DNA of 64,000 nt from Chrysiogenales bacterium (GTDB lineage Bacteria > Acidobacteriota > Aminicenantia > UBA2199). Below the pieces are notes generated by a model that ran no database searches, had not been told where the DNA came from, and worked only from the letters and a program-made list of their open reading frames with translations. The stretch lies in assembly GCA_963700535.1 (NCBI GenBank), contig CAVOXU010000002.1, forward strand, positions 88,094 to 152,093, written 5' to 3'. Positions 30,338-40,257 of the stretch are shown piece after piece (position 1 is the stretch's first letter; the number at the start of each line of letters is the position of its first letter). The position numbers and the translations under genes were made by a program.

Positions 30338-30956
30338 ATGAAACTGAAATTTTTGGCGTTGATCATAATGGTGTTGTTGCTGGCCGGCTGCGTCGCCAAG
30401 GAAAACGACTCCACGTCGGGAAGTTTCCTGGTGATCAATTCCCTGACCGGCAACGACCTGGAGGGGAATGAAGGATCGACCACGGTTTTTTCCGATGTCG
30501 ACATCGCCGGCAGCATCATCAACGACAACGGCGTGGCAGAAGTTACGGCACTGATATACAATCCCCTTACAGACTACCGATGTGTCCTATTACAACAATG
30601 TCATCGTCGACCAGATCGATGTCGAGTTCAGGCGCACCGATGGCCGCAACGTGGAGGGGGTCGATGTGCCCTACCGCTTCACCCAGCCCATGAACTGGCT
30701 GGTGGCGGTCGATGCCACCGAAGAAATTCCTTTCATGCTGATCCGCCACGTGGCCAAACTGGAAGCGCCCCTGCTGGCCCTGCGCGAGGTTCCCAACCAG
30801 GGGATCGTCCTGCAGCTGGTGGCCATGGTGACCATCCACGGCAAGGACCTGGGCGGGCACCGGGTGGCGCCGGTGAGCGGCTATATCAGCGTCTGGTGCA
30901 GCAATTTCGCCGATCGCCGAACCGACACTCAGCCGCTGCAGAGTCTGGAGAAATAG
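30338..30956 (+). CDS. Lipoprotein, hypothetical, with a frameshift near 30570
   Basis: Lipobox LLAGC. Continues in ORF 30582..30956. Confidence 0.5.
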
Positions 30957-30968
30957 GAGGAAAGTAAC

Positions 30969-31352
30969 ATGAAAAAAACACTTTTCCTTTTGCTTATAAT
31001 CGGCCTGATCCTGTCCGTTTCTTCATGCAAGCGCACTTCTATCGATGATCCCGAGTGGGACAGCCCGGTCGGTTTCTATGTGCTGCTCGAGGGTTCGGCC
31101 AACCCGGCCGTGTTCTTCATCGACGGCAACATCCACCGCAGCACCATCTATGTGCGCGTGACCGATGCCAAGGGCAACCCGCTGGCCGGCGAAACGATCT
31201 TCTTCGAGCAATTGCGCGACAGTACTTCCCACGACCAGGTCGAATGGGGGTATTTCGAAAACAATGCCGCGACCATCAAGAAGGTGACCAACGCCAACGG
31301 CGAGGTCAGGGTAACGTTCTACAGCCCGGTGAAATTCTATTCGGCGGCATGA
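30969..31352 (+). CDS. Lipoprotein with an Ig-like beta-rich domain, hypothetical
   Basis: Lipobox SVSSC. Contains TIYVRVTDAKGNPLAGETIFFE. Confidence 0.5.
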   Translation: MKKTLFLLLIIGLILSVSSCKRTSIDDPEWDSPVGFYVLLEGSANPAVFFIDGNIHRSTIYVRVTDAKGNPLAGETIFFEQLRDSTSHDQVEWGYFENNAATIKKVTNANGEVRVTFYSPVKFYSAA

Positions 31353-31635
31353 TCATCCATGCCCTGATGCAGGTCGATGACCGTGCCTACAGGGGCAGCA
31401 CCAGCCATGTAGGCAATATCCCCCAGGATTTTATCGCGATCACCATGTATCAATTCCGGCGGCGCCGCGGCCGGGACCACGAAATAATCCGGCCCGCGAC
31501 AGTTCCTTGCTGCCGGCTCCGGACAGGCAATGTCCGTTTTTTGATGGGGGAGCGGTTCAGCGGTGCCCGGGTTGCATTTTGCCGGCAGATATGGTACAAA
31601 AAACATGACAAGGTCTGCATGGAGAAGAGGTAAAT

Positions 31636-32397
31636 TTGGCCAATTTTCAGAATGAAAGGGAGCAGCTGGCGCAGCTGGAAGACCTGTTCCGGGAAAACAA
31701 ATTCATTGACGGCCTGGCCCAGGCTGAAGAGGTGATCAAGCAGTTTCCGGCTTCCTTTCAATTGCGGTTCCTTAAATTCAAATTCCTGCGCGCCTTGGAA
31801 AAAACCGAGGAAGCCATGCTGCTGCTGCGTGAAATGCACGTCATGTTCGGCGACAATATCATGGTCCTGAAAGAACTGGCTGACTTGAATTTTCAGCAGC
31901 AAAAACATCCCGAGAGCCTGCTGTATTACCAGAAACTGCTTTTTTTGGATTCTTTCAACACGGTTGCCCAGGAGCGGGTCAAGCAGCTCCAGGGGCTGCT
32001 TGAGGCCGGTGTGACTGCCAAGTTGGCCGATACCAAAGTAGAATTGTCTCATGATGACAGCTTCAGTCCCGTGCCGTTCGATGTCGCGCCGCCGCAGATC
32101 ACTTTTGAAGTGGAAAACGAAACAACAGTGCTGGCGGACGAAAAGGCATCGCTGCCCCAGGATGGGGAAAAGCCTTTTGAAACGGAAAGCGCCGCCGAAT
32201 TGTATTTCAAGCAGGGTCTTTACCGTGAATCCCTGGCCATTTACAAGACCCTGTTTGAAAAAACCGGCCGCACCGACTTTTTCATGAAGATAAAGGCCAT
32301 TCTGCTGCTGCTGCGCACCGAAAAAAGCAACCAGGTCATCGAACAACTGCAGAGGTTTTTGCAATTGATCCAACAAAGGGGAAGCCAAATTGTTTAA
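31636..32397 (+). CDS. TPR-like repeat protein, hypothetical
   Basis: Helical repeat composition, 253 aa. Confidence 0.5.
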   Translation: MANFQNEREQLAQLEDLFRENKFIDGLAQAEEVIKQFPASFQLRFLKFKFLRALEKTEEAMLLLREMHVMFGDNIMVLKELADLNFQQQKHPESLLYYQKLLFLDSFNTVAQERVKQLQGLLEAGVTAKLADTKVELSHDDSFSPVPFDVAPPQITFEVENETTVLADEKASLPQDGEKPFETESAAELYFKQGLYRESLAIYKTLFEKTGRTDFFMKIKAILLLLRTEKSNQVIEQLQRFLQLIQQRGSQIV

Positions 32398-32737
32398 AAC
32401 GATTTTTAACGACATACAGGCCCGCAATCCTGAAATTTACCTGATCGGGATCTGGGGCAAGGACGGACTGGAATTGGAAAAAGCGGTGTACCTTCCCCCC
32501 GACGCCGATACGGACCTGCTCGGAGCCGAGCTGGCCGAAGTGGTCGGGAAACTGGACAACCTGGAAGTGAGCCAGCGCCGATTTCCATATCGAATATGTT
32601 TCCGGAAAATTCAAGATCATGGTTCATTCATTGAACAGCGGTTATTTCCTGCTTTTTTTTTCAGGACCGAACCTGATTTCCGGGAAATTGAATTATTACC
32701 TGAATTTAAAAAAAGACAATATCCTCGCTTTGCTTTG
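32390..32737 (+). CDS. Roadblock/LC7 (MglB-like) domain protein, with a frameshift near 32580
   Basis: N-terminal EIYLIGIWGKDGLELEK. The C-terminal block DFHIEYVSGKFKIMVHSLNSGYFLLFFSGPNLISGKL lies in a second frame. Confidence 0.55.
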
Positions 32738-32777
32738 AACCGGCTCATTACCAGCAATTTTTTCAGGAGTGTAAGCC

Positions 32778-35322
32778 ATGGGAATTTTTAAAAAATTCAA
32801 AGTTGTTCCCGACCTGCCGGAAAAGCTGAAGCCGCTGCTGGTCATCGCCTCCAACCTATGGCTGACCTGGAATCCTGAAGCCATCAAGCTTTTCATAACC
32901 ATGGACAGTGATTTGTGGGAAAAAAACCAGCACAATCCTATCCGCATGTTGGGAGAAATCAGCCAGGAAAAGCTTGATGAGCTGACCCATGATGAAGGGT
33001 TTTTAAGTGAGCTGCAGCGCGTCAGCGAGCAGCTGGACCAGTACCTGCACCTGCTGCGCAGCATCAACCATACCCAGCAGGTCAGCATTGCCTACTTTTC
33101 CGCTGAGTACGGCCTGAGCGATACCCTGCCCATTTATTCCGGGGGTCTGGGGGTCCTTTCCGGCGACCATGTCAAAGCGGCCAGCGATTTGAACCTGAAC
33201 TTTCACGGCGTAGGATTGCTCTACCAATTGGGTTATTTTCAGCAATACTTGAATATGGACGGCTGGCAGCAGGATTTTTACCAGGTCAACGATTTCCACA
33301 ACATGCAGGTCCAGGAAGTGAAAAAGCCTGACGGACTGCCTCTGGAAATCGAGCTGGATTTTCCCGGGCGCAAGGTTTATGTAAAGGTCTGGCAGATACA
33401 GGGTGGGAAGGGTTTCCATCCATATGCTTGATTCCAATATTGACAAGAACAGTGACTACGACCGGCGCCTGACTTCCCAGCTTTACGGGGGCGGCCCCGA
33501 AATCCGCCTGCAGCAGGAGATCATCCTGGGCATCGGTGGCGTGAAGATGCTGGCAGCCCTCGGCATCCAGGTCACCGCCTTGCACATGAACGAGGGCTAT
33601 TCGGCTTTCACGGCTTTCGAGCGGGCCAGGACCTTGATGAAAAACCAGGGCCTCAGCTTCGGCGAGGCCATGGAACTGGTGCGCCAGTCGAGTGTGTTCA
33701 CCACCCATACCAATGTCCAGGCCGCCCATGATGTCTTCAGCCCCGAACTGCTGAAAAACTATTTCGGAAACTACCTGAAGGAATTCAACATTCCCCTGAA
33801 CGATTTTTTGGCCTTCGGCCGGGTTGACCGTGAGAACCAGCAGGAAAATTTTTCCATGACCGTGGCTGCCGTGAAAAATTCCGCCTTTGTCAACGGCGTT
33901 TCCACTCTGCATGCCCAAGTGGCCAAGGATATCCTGAAAAATCTCTGGCCGGCCGTGCCGTTGGAGCATGTTCCCGTTCAAGCGATCACCAACGGCATCC
34001 ACATTCCCTCCTGGGTTTCTTTTGAAATGAACGACCTGTTCGAAAGGTATCTGGGCGGCAAGTGGCGCGAAAAGCAGGATTACCGCGATGCCTGGGAAAA
34101 GGTGCTGAATATCCCCGATCCCGAGCTCTGGAACGTGCATGAGATCCGCCGCAGGCGCCTGATCGCTTTCACCCGCCAGCGCTTGCAAAAGCAACTGATC
34201 GCCAAGGGTGCCTCGAACCTGCTGGTCAGCGAATCGCAGGAAGCCTTGAATCCGGTGGCCCTGACCATCGGTTTCGCCCGCCGCTTCGCAACCTACAAAC
34301 GCGCTTACCTTATCTTCAAGGATCGGGAGCGCTTGCTTAAAATTTTGAATAATCCGGAGCGGCCGGTGCAGCTGATCTTCGCCGGCAAGGCCCATCCCCA
34401 GGACCAGGCCGGCAAGGAACTGATCAAGGACATCATTTCTTTCATGTCCACAGAGCACCTGCGCGGCAAAATCGCTTTTATTGAAGACTATGACATCAAC
34501 GTGGCCCGCTACCTGGTTTCGGGCGTCGATATCTGGCTGAATACGCCGCTGCGGCCGTTTGAGGCCTGCGGCACTTCGGGCATGAAGGCCGCCTGCAACG
34601 GGGTCTTGAATTTCAGTGTCTTGGACGGCTGGTGGGACGAGGCCTATGACTTGAAGAACGGTTGGGCCATCGGCAACCGCGAAGCCTACACCGACAGGGA
34701 ATACCAGGACGAGGTCGAAAGCAAGGCCATTTATTCCATTCTTGAAAAAGATATCATTCCCCTGTTTTACGAAAGGGGCGCCGATGGCCTGCCGCGCGAA
34801 TGGATCCGCATGATGAAGCATTCGCTGGTCACCATCGCCTCGCGCTATAACACCAATCGCATGGTCAAGGAATATTTCAGCAAATTCTATAAAAATGCTG
34901 CGGACAACTACGCCAAGCTGAGCGCCGATGGTTTTTCCGCCTGCCGTGAACTGGTCAAGTGGAAGAGCAGGATGAGGAACGAATTCCCGGCCGTGCGCGT
35001 CGAGAACGTTCAGGCAGACACCAACCGCACCTACAAGAGCGGCGAGCAGTTCCGTCTGCAGGCCGATCTTTTTTTGGGCAAGATCCAACCAGGGGAAATC
35101 CGCGTCGATGTATATTACGGCACCATCGTTGGCGATGACATTTTGCAGAGTTCCGCCCTGGTCCCATTGGACAATGTCGAAAAAATAGAGGAGAGCCGCT
35201 TCCGCTTCAGCGGCGTTATCAACTGCACCCGCACCGGCAGCTTTGGTTTCAAACTGCGTGTCACGCCTTTTCATCCGCTGCTGAGCGATCCCAATCAGAT
35301 GAACCTGGTGCTTTGGAGCTAG
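32778..35322 (+). CDS. glgP: Alpha-glucan phosphorylase (GT35), with a frameshift near 33402
   Basis: Conserved GT35 blocks. ORFs 32778..33431 and 33403..35322 are contiguous in different frames. Confidence 0.8.
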
Positions 35323-35339
35323 GAATCCAAACAGAGCCA

Positions 35340-35488
35340 GGTTTACGGCATACGGTAGACGGTTTACGGCAAAAAAAGAACGCAACCTTTCCCCCAGGAT
35401 CTTATCGAATTTGCAGCCGTTCAAGGTGATTTTCTTAGGTAGTGTCTTTGGCTTTCACCGTCTGCCGTCAACCGTAAACCGTACACCG
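35340..35488. repeat. Intergenic inverted-arm element, locus D (heptamer NNNacgg units)
   Basis: Left arm ggtttacggcatacggtagacggtttacggc. Right arm caccgtctgccgtcaaccgtaaaccgtacaccg. Confidence 0.65.
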
Positions 35489-35506
35489 ATAACAGTTCAA
35501 GATCAT

Positions 35507-36797
35507 TTAGGCTCTAACAAGGAAATATAGAACAAATCGTTGTTCAGTTCGGAAGGCAATAAATAGCATCCGTATTTCGCCTGTTTTATCCTGAAACCGT
35601 ATTTTTCCAGCAGCGGCTGAATGGCCACCGCCTGCAGGCCGCGGCTGGCGGCAACTTTTTCCACCACCGCTCTCGCCCTCTTCATGGATAAACGAGCAAA
35701 CGGCATACAACCAGCGGGCATGCGGGAAGCGTTCGACCAGGCTGGCCAGCATGAGGCGTTGCTGCCGTGAGTTTTTTTCGATCATTTCCTTGCTGATCTT
35801 GCTTTTCAGATCGGGATTTTTGCGCAGAGTGCCGCTCGAGGTGCAAGGGGCATCAAGGATGATCAGGTCGGCTGCCTCCCGGCCGGGCGGATACTTGAAG
35901 ATATCGGCAACGAAAGGAAAAATCGTGTCCAGGTGCAGACGGCGGATGTTTTGCTCGAGCAGGCGCAGCCGCTGCGGGTTGACATCGCTGGCCCATATTT
36001 TTATATCAGGCCGCAGGCAGGCCAGGGTCTGTGATTTGCCCCCCGGGGCCGCGGCCACGTCGCAGACCGTTTTCTCGGCAGTTGCGGCCGCCAGCAGCGC
36101 CACCGCTTGCGAACCGGTATTCTGGACATAAAATCCTGCCAATTGCTCCGGCTTTTCCAGTACCTGGCCGGCGGCCGTGGTTTCGAAACAATCCAGTTGC
36201 GGCAATTCGCGGAAGGGGATGCCGGCGCTGGTCAAGGTCTGGCGCGCCTGATCCATGGTCATCTGCCTGGGGTTGAAACGCAGGTGAAAAGCGGGTTCGC
36301 GGTCCAGGTATTCCAGGTCCGCTTCCGCTGCGGCGGACACCTGCTGCAGGCTGGCGAGCAGCCGTGCCGAAATGGAGAATTTCAAGCCAGGATTTTCGCT
36401 GCGGCTGATGGATTGTTGTGACCTCCTGCTTGCGGCGCAGCAGTTGGCGCAAAACGGCGTTGACAAAAGGTTTCTCTTTTTTGGCTACGGCATTCACCAC
36501 TTCGTTGACCACCGCGTACTCGGGATAGGAATCGGAATACAACAGCAGGAAAACAGCGATTTTTAAAAATACATGAGTGGCCATGACCGGCGCCTGGTTT
36601 TTGTTTTTCAGGAAAAGGCCGATAACATGTTCCAGGGCGATGTCCTTGCGCACGACCCCGTACACCGTGCGTGTCAGCGCATTTTTGTCGCTGGCGGAAT
36701 AATGCTCTAAAAATCGCGTCAACAACATACGCAGGTTGGTTTGCGGGTCGGAGAAATAATCGCACAGGACACTGGCGGCCGGGGTGATGAATTTCAC
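35507..36797 (-). CDS. rsmB: 16S rRNA (cytosine-C5)-methyltransferase RsmB (NusB-like N-terminus plus NOL1/NOP2/Sun domain), with at least two frameshifts
   Basis: GTG start overlaps the fmt stop (GTGA). NusB-like block, SAM-methyltransferase block (DVAAAPGGKS, ILDAPCTSSG) and C-terminal block lie in three different frames. Confidence 0.75.
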
Positions 36798-37726
36798 GAT
36801 AACAGCTCGGGGAAGCGGTTCCCCAGGGAAAACTGCCAGGGGCTCATTGCCTTTTTGCCATCGGGCTGAATATTGGTGATTTCCAGGACCGTATCCAAAC
36901 CGCAACCGACCAGCAGGCCCTGGGCGTCCAGGGCCAATATTTGGCCTGCCTGGCCCTGGTGTTCTTTGCCGGATACTCTGGCGTTCAGGATCTTGATCTG
37001 CCGCTTTTCCAAACTGAAAAACAACCCGGGCCAGGGTGTGAAAGCCCGCAGCCTGTCGTAAAGGCGCTGGGCCGGCAGCCGCCAATCAACCCGACCTTCG
37101 CTTTTTTTGACCGCCGGCGCCAAAGTAGCCAGGGAATCGTCCTGGGAATGCTTGCGGATCTTGCCCGAAAAAATCTGGTTTAATGTTTGCATAAGAAAGG
37201 GAGCGGCCCTTTCACCCAGGCGCAGCTGCAAGGAGGCGGTGCTGTCGTCGGGACGGATGGCGATCTCTTCCTGGGCCCAGACCGGACCGGCATCCATGCG
37301 GCCGCTGATCTCAAAAACGGTTATGCCGCTGCGGTTCTCTCCATTTTCAATGGCGCGCTGTACCGGTGCGGCCCCGCGGTAGAAGGGCAGCAGAGAAAAA
37401 TGGACATTGATGGTCCTGTAATGAGGCAGGGAATATATGGCTTTGGGAATGAACTGGCCGTAAGATACGACTACGGCTATGGCCGGGTCGATGCGGCGCA
37501 TGGCCAATTCCAGCTCCGGCTCGTGAAGATCGGGCGGCTGGATGCAGGGCAGGCGGTTCTCGACAGCGAATTGCTTGACCGGAGGGACGATCAGCTGGCG
37601 GTTGCGTCCACCGTAATTATCCGGCTGAGTGACGATCAGTTTCAGGTTGAAATTTCTGTTCAGTTCTTTGAGGATGGTCAGGCCTATGGCCGAAGTTCCG
37701 AAAAAAACCAATTCACCATTGGCCAC
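36794..37726 (-). CDS. fmt: Methionyl-tRNA formyltransferase
   Basis: Formyltransferase N- and C-terminal domains. Follows def. Confidence 0.9.
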   Translation of the reverse strand: MANGELVFFGTSAIGLTILKELNRNFNLKLIVTQPDNYGGRNRQLIVPPVKQFAVENRLPCIQPPDLHEPELELAMRRIDPAIAVVVSYGQFIPKAIYSLPHYRTINVHFSLLPFYRGAAPVQRAIENGENRSGITVFEISGRMDAGPVWAQEEIAIRPDDSTASLQLRLGERAAPFLMQTLNQIFSGKIRKHSQDDSLATLAPAVKKSEGRVDWRLPAQRLYDRLRAFTPWPGLFFSLEKRQIKILNARVSGKEHQGQAGQILALDAQGLLVGCGLDTVLEITNIQPDGKKAMSPWQFSLGNRFPELLS

Positions 37727-38231
37727 TTTTTCTCTTCTGGTTGATCTCTTTTTTGATCAGGGTACGTTTCAAACTGGATACGCGGTCAACAATAAGCATG
37801 CCGTTGAGGTGGTCGATCTCATGCTGCAGCACCCGCGCCTTCAGGCCGTCGAATTCGGCGCGCAGTTCCTGGCCGTCAAGCAGGGTGGCTTGCAGGAAAA
37901 TACGGGCGTTGCGCTTGATGGGCAGAGAATAGCCGGGAACCGACAGGCAACCCTCCTCGCTTATTTCATAGCCTTCGGCTTCGATGATCTGCGGATTGAT
38001 GATGATCAGCAGTTCTTCGGGATTTTCACCGATCGAGAGATCCAGGGTGAGCAGCTGAACGGATTCGTTCACCTGGGGCGCGGCCAGGCCGATGCCCGGG
38101 GCCTGGTGCATGGCTTGAACCATGGCCGCGGCCAGGTCGGTGATGTGCCGGTCGATGTCGCGGATCGCGCTTGCCTTCACTTTCAGCACATCGTCGCCGT
38201 ATTTGCAGATCTTCAAAGTCTCGTTTGCCAC
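37713..38231 (-). CDS. def: Peptide deformylase
   Basis: GCLSVPG, EGCLS and HEIDHLNG motifs. GTG start. Confidence 0.85.
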   Translation of the reverse strand: MANETLKICKYGDDVLKVKASAIRDIDRHITDLAAAMVQAMHQAPGIGLAAPQVNESVQLLTLDLSIGENPEELLIIINPQIIEAEGYEISEEGCLSVPGYSLPIKRNARIFLQATLLDGQELRAEFDGLKARVLQHEIDHLNGMLIVDRVSSLKRTLIKKEINQKRKSGQW

Positions 38232-38237
38232 TGAATG

Positions 38238-38266
38238 ATTATATTTTTTCGCTGGACACTTGTCAA
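38238..38266 (-). promoter_or_regulatory. Consensus sigma-70 promoter of the def-fmt-rsmB operon, with leaderless geometry
   Basis: On the minus strand: TTGACA, 17-nt spacer, TATAAT, then 6 nt to the GTG start. Confidence 0.55.
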
Positions 38267-38304
38267 TCATTCGCGGATTTGCCGAACTTGGCATCCTCCC
38301 TTGT

Positions 38305-38398
38305 CCCCCCCTTCAGTAAGGGGGGAATTTGAAAGGTTAGAGAAGTTGAGTGATTTCTGCTAAAGCGATTGCTTCCAACCCCCCTTTGCTAAGGGGGG
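38305..38398. repeat. Pair of C7/G6 hairpins separated by 53 nt (locus G)
   Basis: cccccccttcagtaagggggg and cccccctttgctaagggggg lie in the def/mutL divergent region. Confidence 0.55.
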
Positions 38399-38546
38399 TG
38401 GCGCAGGCGGGGGGATCTATATGTCGTGTATCAATGGTTTTGTTATTGTCGTCTCTTTAGGGTTGTGTGTTTCGAATTGCAAAAGAAGCGGCTTTGTGAT
38501 ATTTTTTCCAGATTGCCGGCAGGTTAGCCGGCTGCTGGGAGTAGTT

Positions 38547-40241
38547 GTGGCCAGAATTCAGGTTTTAGCTGAAAGTGTGTTTCGCAAGATCGCCGCCGGT
38601 GAGGTAATCGAACGCCCGCTTTCCGTGGTAAAGGAGCTGGTGGAAAACGCCATTGATGCCGGTGCCAGCGAGATCGCCGTGGCCATGCTGTCCGGAGGCA
38701 AGGAAATGATTCGTGTCGAGGACAATGGCTGCGGCTTTGGCGCTGACGATATCGAGATTGCTTTCCAGCGCCACAGCACTTCCAAGCTGGTGGAACTGGA
38801 AGACCTGGACCGCTTGTTGACCCTGGGCTTTCGCGGCGAGGCCCTGCCCTCCATCCTGGAAGTGGCCGATATCGACCTGGACACTGCCGACAACAACGAT
38901 GGCCGCGGCTGGCACTGTCGTTTCCGTGGCGGCAGGATGCTGGAGAAAAAACAGGCCTCCTGTCGCCGGGGCAGTGCCGTGACGGTGCAGCAGCTGTTCG
39001 CCAATTTCCCGGTGCGCCGCAAGTTCATGAAAAGCGACCAGGGGGAGATGCGGCCGGTTGCCGCTTTTCTGGAAAATGCGGCCCTGGCCCGTCCCGCCAT
39101 CGCCTTCTCCTTGCAGCACAATGGCAGGACGGTATTTTCTTACCCTGCGGCCGCGAATCTCTCTGAACGCATCTATCAGGTCTTTGGAAAGGAGTTTCTG
39201 GACGATTTGCGGCCCGTGGATTTTGCCTCCGGCCACTTCTCTCTTAACGGTTTCATTTCGGCGACGCAAACCGGCGTCAGCGGCAAAGGACGCCAGTTTT
39301 TCATGGTTAACGGACGGCCGGTCAAGGAAAAAACCCTGCTGGCCGCTTTCAACAATACCTATCGGCCCTACCTGGAAAAATCTCGCAGTCCGGTCGGGGT
39401 GCTCCATTTTAATGTTCCTCCCAGCCAGATCGATGTCAACGTCCATCCCATGAAGCTGGAGATACGCTTCCTGGACAGCCAGCGCGTATACCAGTTCCTG
39501 CAGCAGGCCATCGACACCACCCTGGGGCGGCCGCTGCGCCCGCAGTCCGTTGCCTTCAACGAATTTTCTCAGCCTGCGGCTTTTGCCGGCCCGGACGCCG
39601 GAAGCAATGCGATCTCCGCTGCGGCGCCCGCGCTTTTCGACAGGGCAGCGCTTGATCCCGGGGATGATTTTTGCCTGCTGGGTCAATACCTGAATTCTTA
39701 TATCGTGGTCGAAAAAAACGGAGAACTGCTGATCATCGACCAGCACAATGCCCGGGAAAGAGTACTGTTCGAACGCTTGCAGATCGGCTACAACTCCGGC
39801 AACGCCCCAGCGGCGCAGACCCTGTTCCCGCTGCTGCTGGAATTGTCTCCGGCGGAACGGGCGGCCCTTGATGAAAGCAAAATGATTTTCTTTAAAAAAG
39901 CCGGTTTTGACATCCGTCTATTAAGCGGCTCGGCCATTGAGATCAAGGCATATCCGCAGTTTTTAAGCGAAGCAGGCATCCGCGATTCCCTGCGCGCCGC
40001 ACTGCGTGAATCACCTGCCGGGGACAGGTCGCCCGGAGAATTGAACGATGATGAGCATAGGCTTGCCGCCCTGGCCTGCCACGACGCAGTCAAGGTTAAC
40101 CAGCGCTTGCAGCCCGAGCAGCAGCGTGCTTTGGTCCGGGACCTTTTTGCCTGCGCCCATCCCTATTTTTGCCCGCACCGCCGTCCGATCATCGTTACCC
40201 TGACCCAGGCCGACATTGAAAAGCAACTGAAACGACGCTGA
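38547..40241 (+). CDS. mutL: DNA mismatch repair protein MutL
   Basis: GHKL ATPase N-terminus (VIERPLSVVKELVENAIDAG) and a MutL C-terminal dimerisation domain. GTG start with a GGGAG Shine-Dalgarno. Confidence 0.85.
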   Translation: MARIQVLAESVFRKIAAGEVIERPLSVVKELVENAIDAGASEIAVAMLSGGKEMIRVEDNGCGFGADDIEIAFQRHSTSKLVELEDLDRLLTLGFRGEALPSILEVADIDLDTADNNDGRGWHCRFRGGRMLEKKQASCRRGSAVTVQQLFANFPVRRKFMKSDQGEMRPVAAFLENAALARPAIAFSLQHNGRTVFSYPAAANLSERIYQVFGKEFLDDLRPVDFASGHFSLNGFISATQTGVSGKGRQFFMVNGRPVKEKTLLAAFNNTYRPYLEKSRSPVGVLHFNVPPSQIDVNVHPMKLEIRFLDSQRVYQFLQQAIDTTLGRPLRPQSVAFNEFSQPAAFAGPDAGSNAISAAAPALFDRAALDPGDDFCLLGQYLNSYIVVEKNGELLIIDQHNARERVLFERLQIGYNSGNAPAAQTLFPLLLELSPAERAALDESKMIFFKKAGFDIRLLSGSAIEIKAYPQFLSEAGIRDSLRAALRESPAGDRSPGELNDDEHRLAALACHDAVKVNQRLQPEQQRALVRDLFACAHPYFCPHRRPIIVTLTQADIEKQLKRR

Positions 40242-40257
40242 GGCAAAGCAAGAAGTC

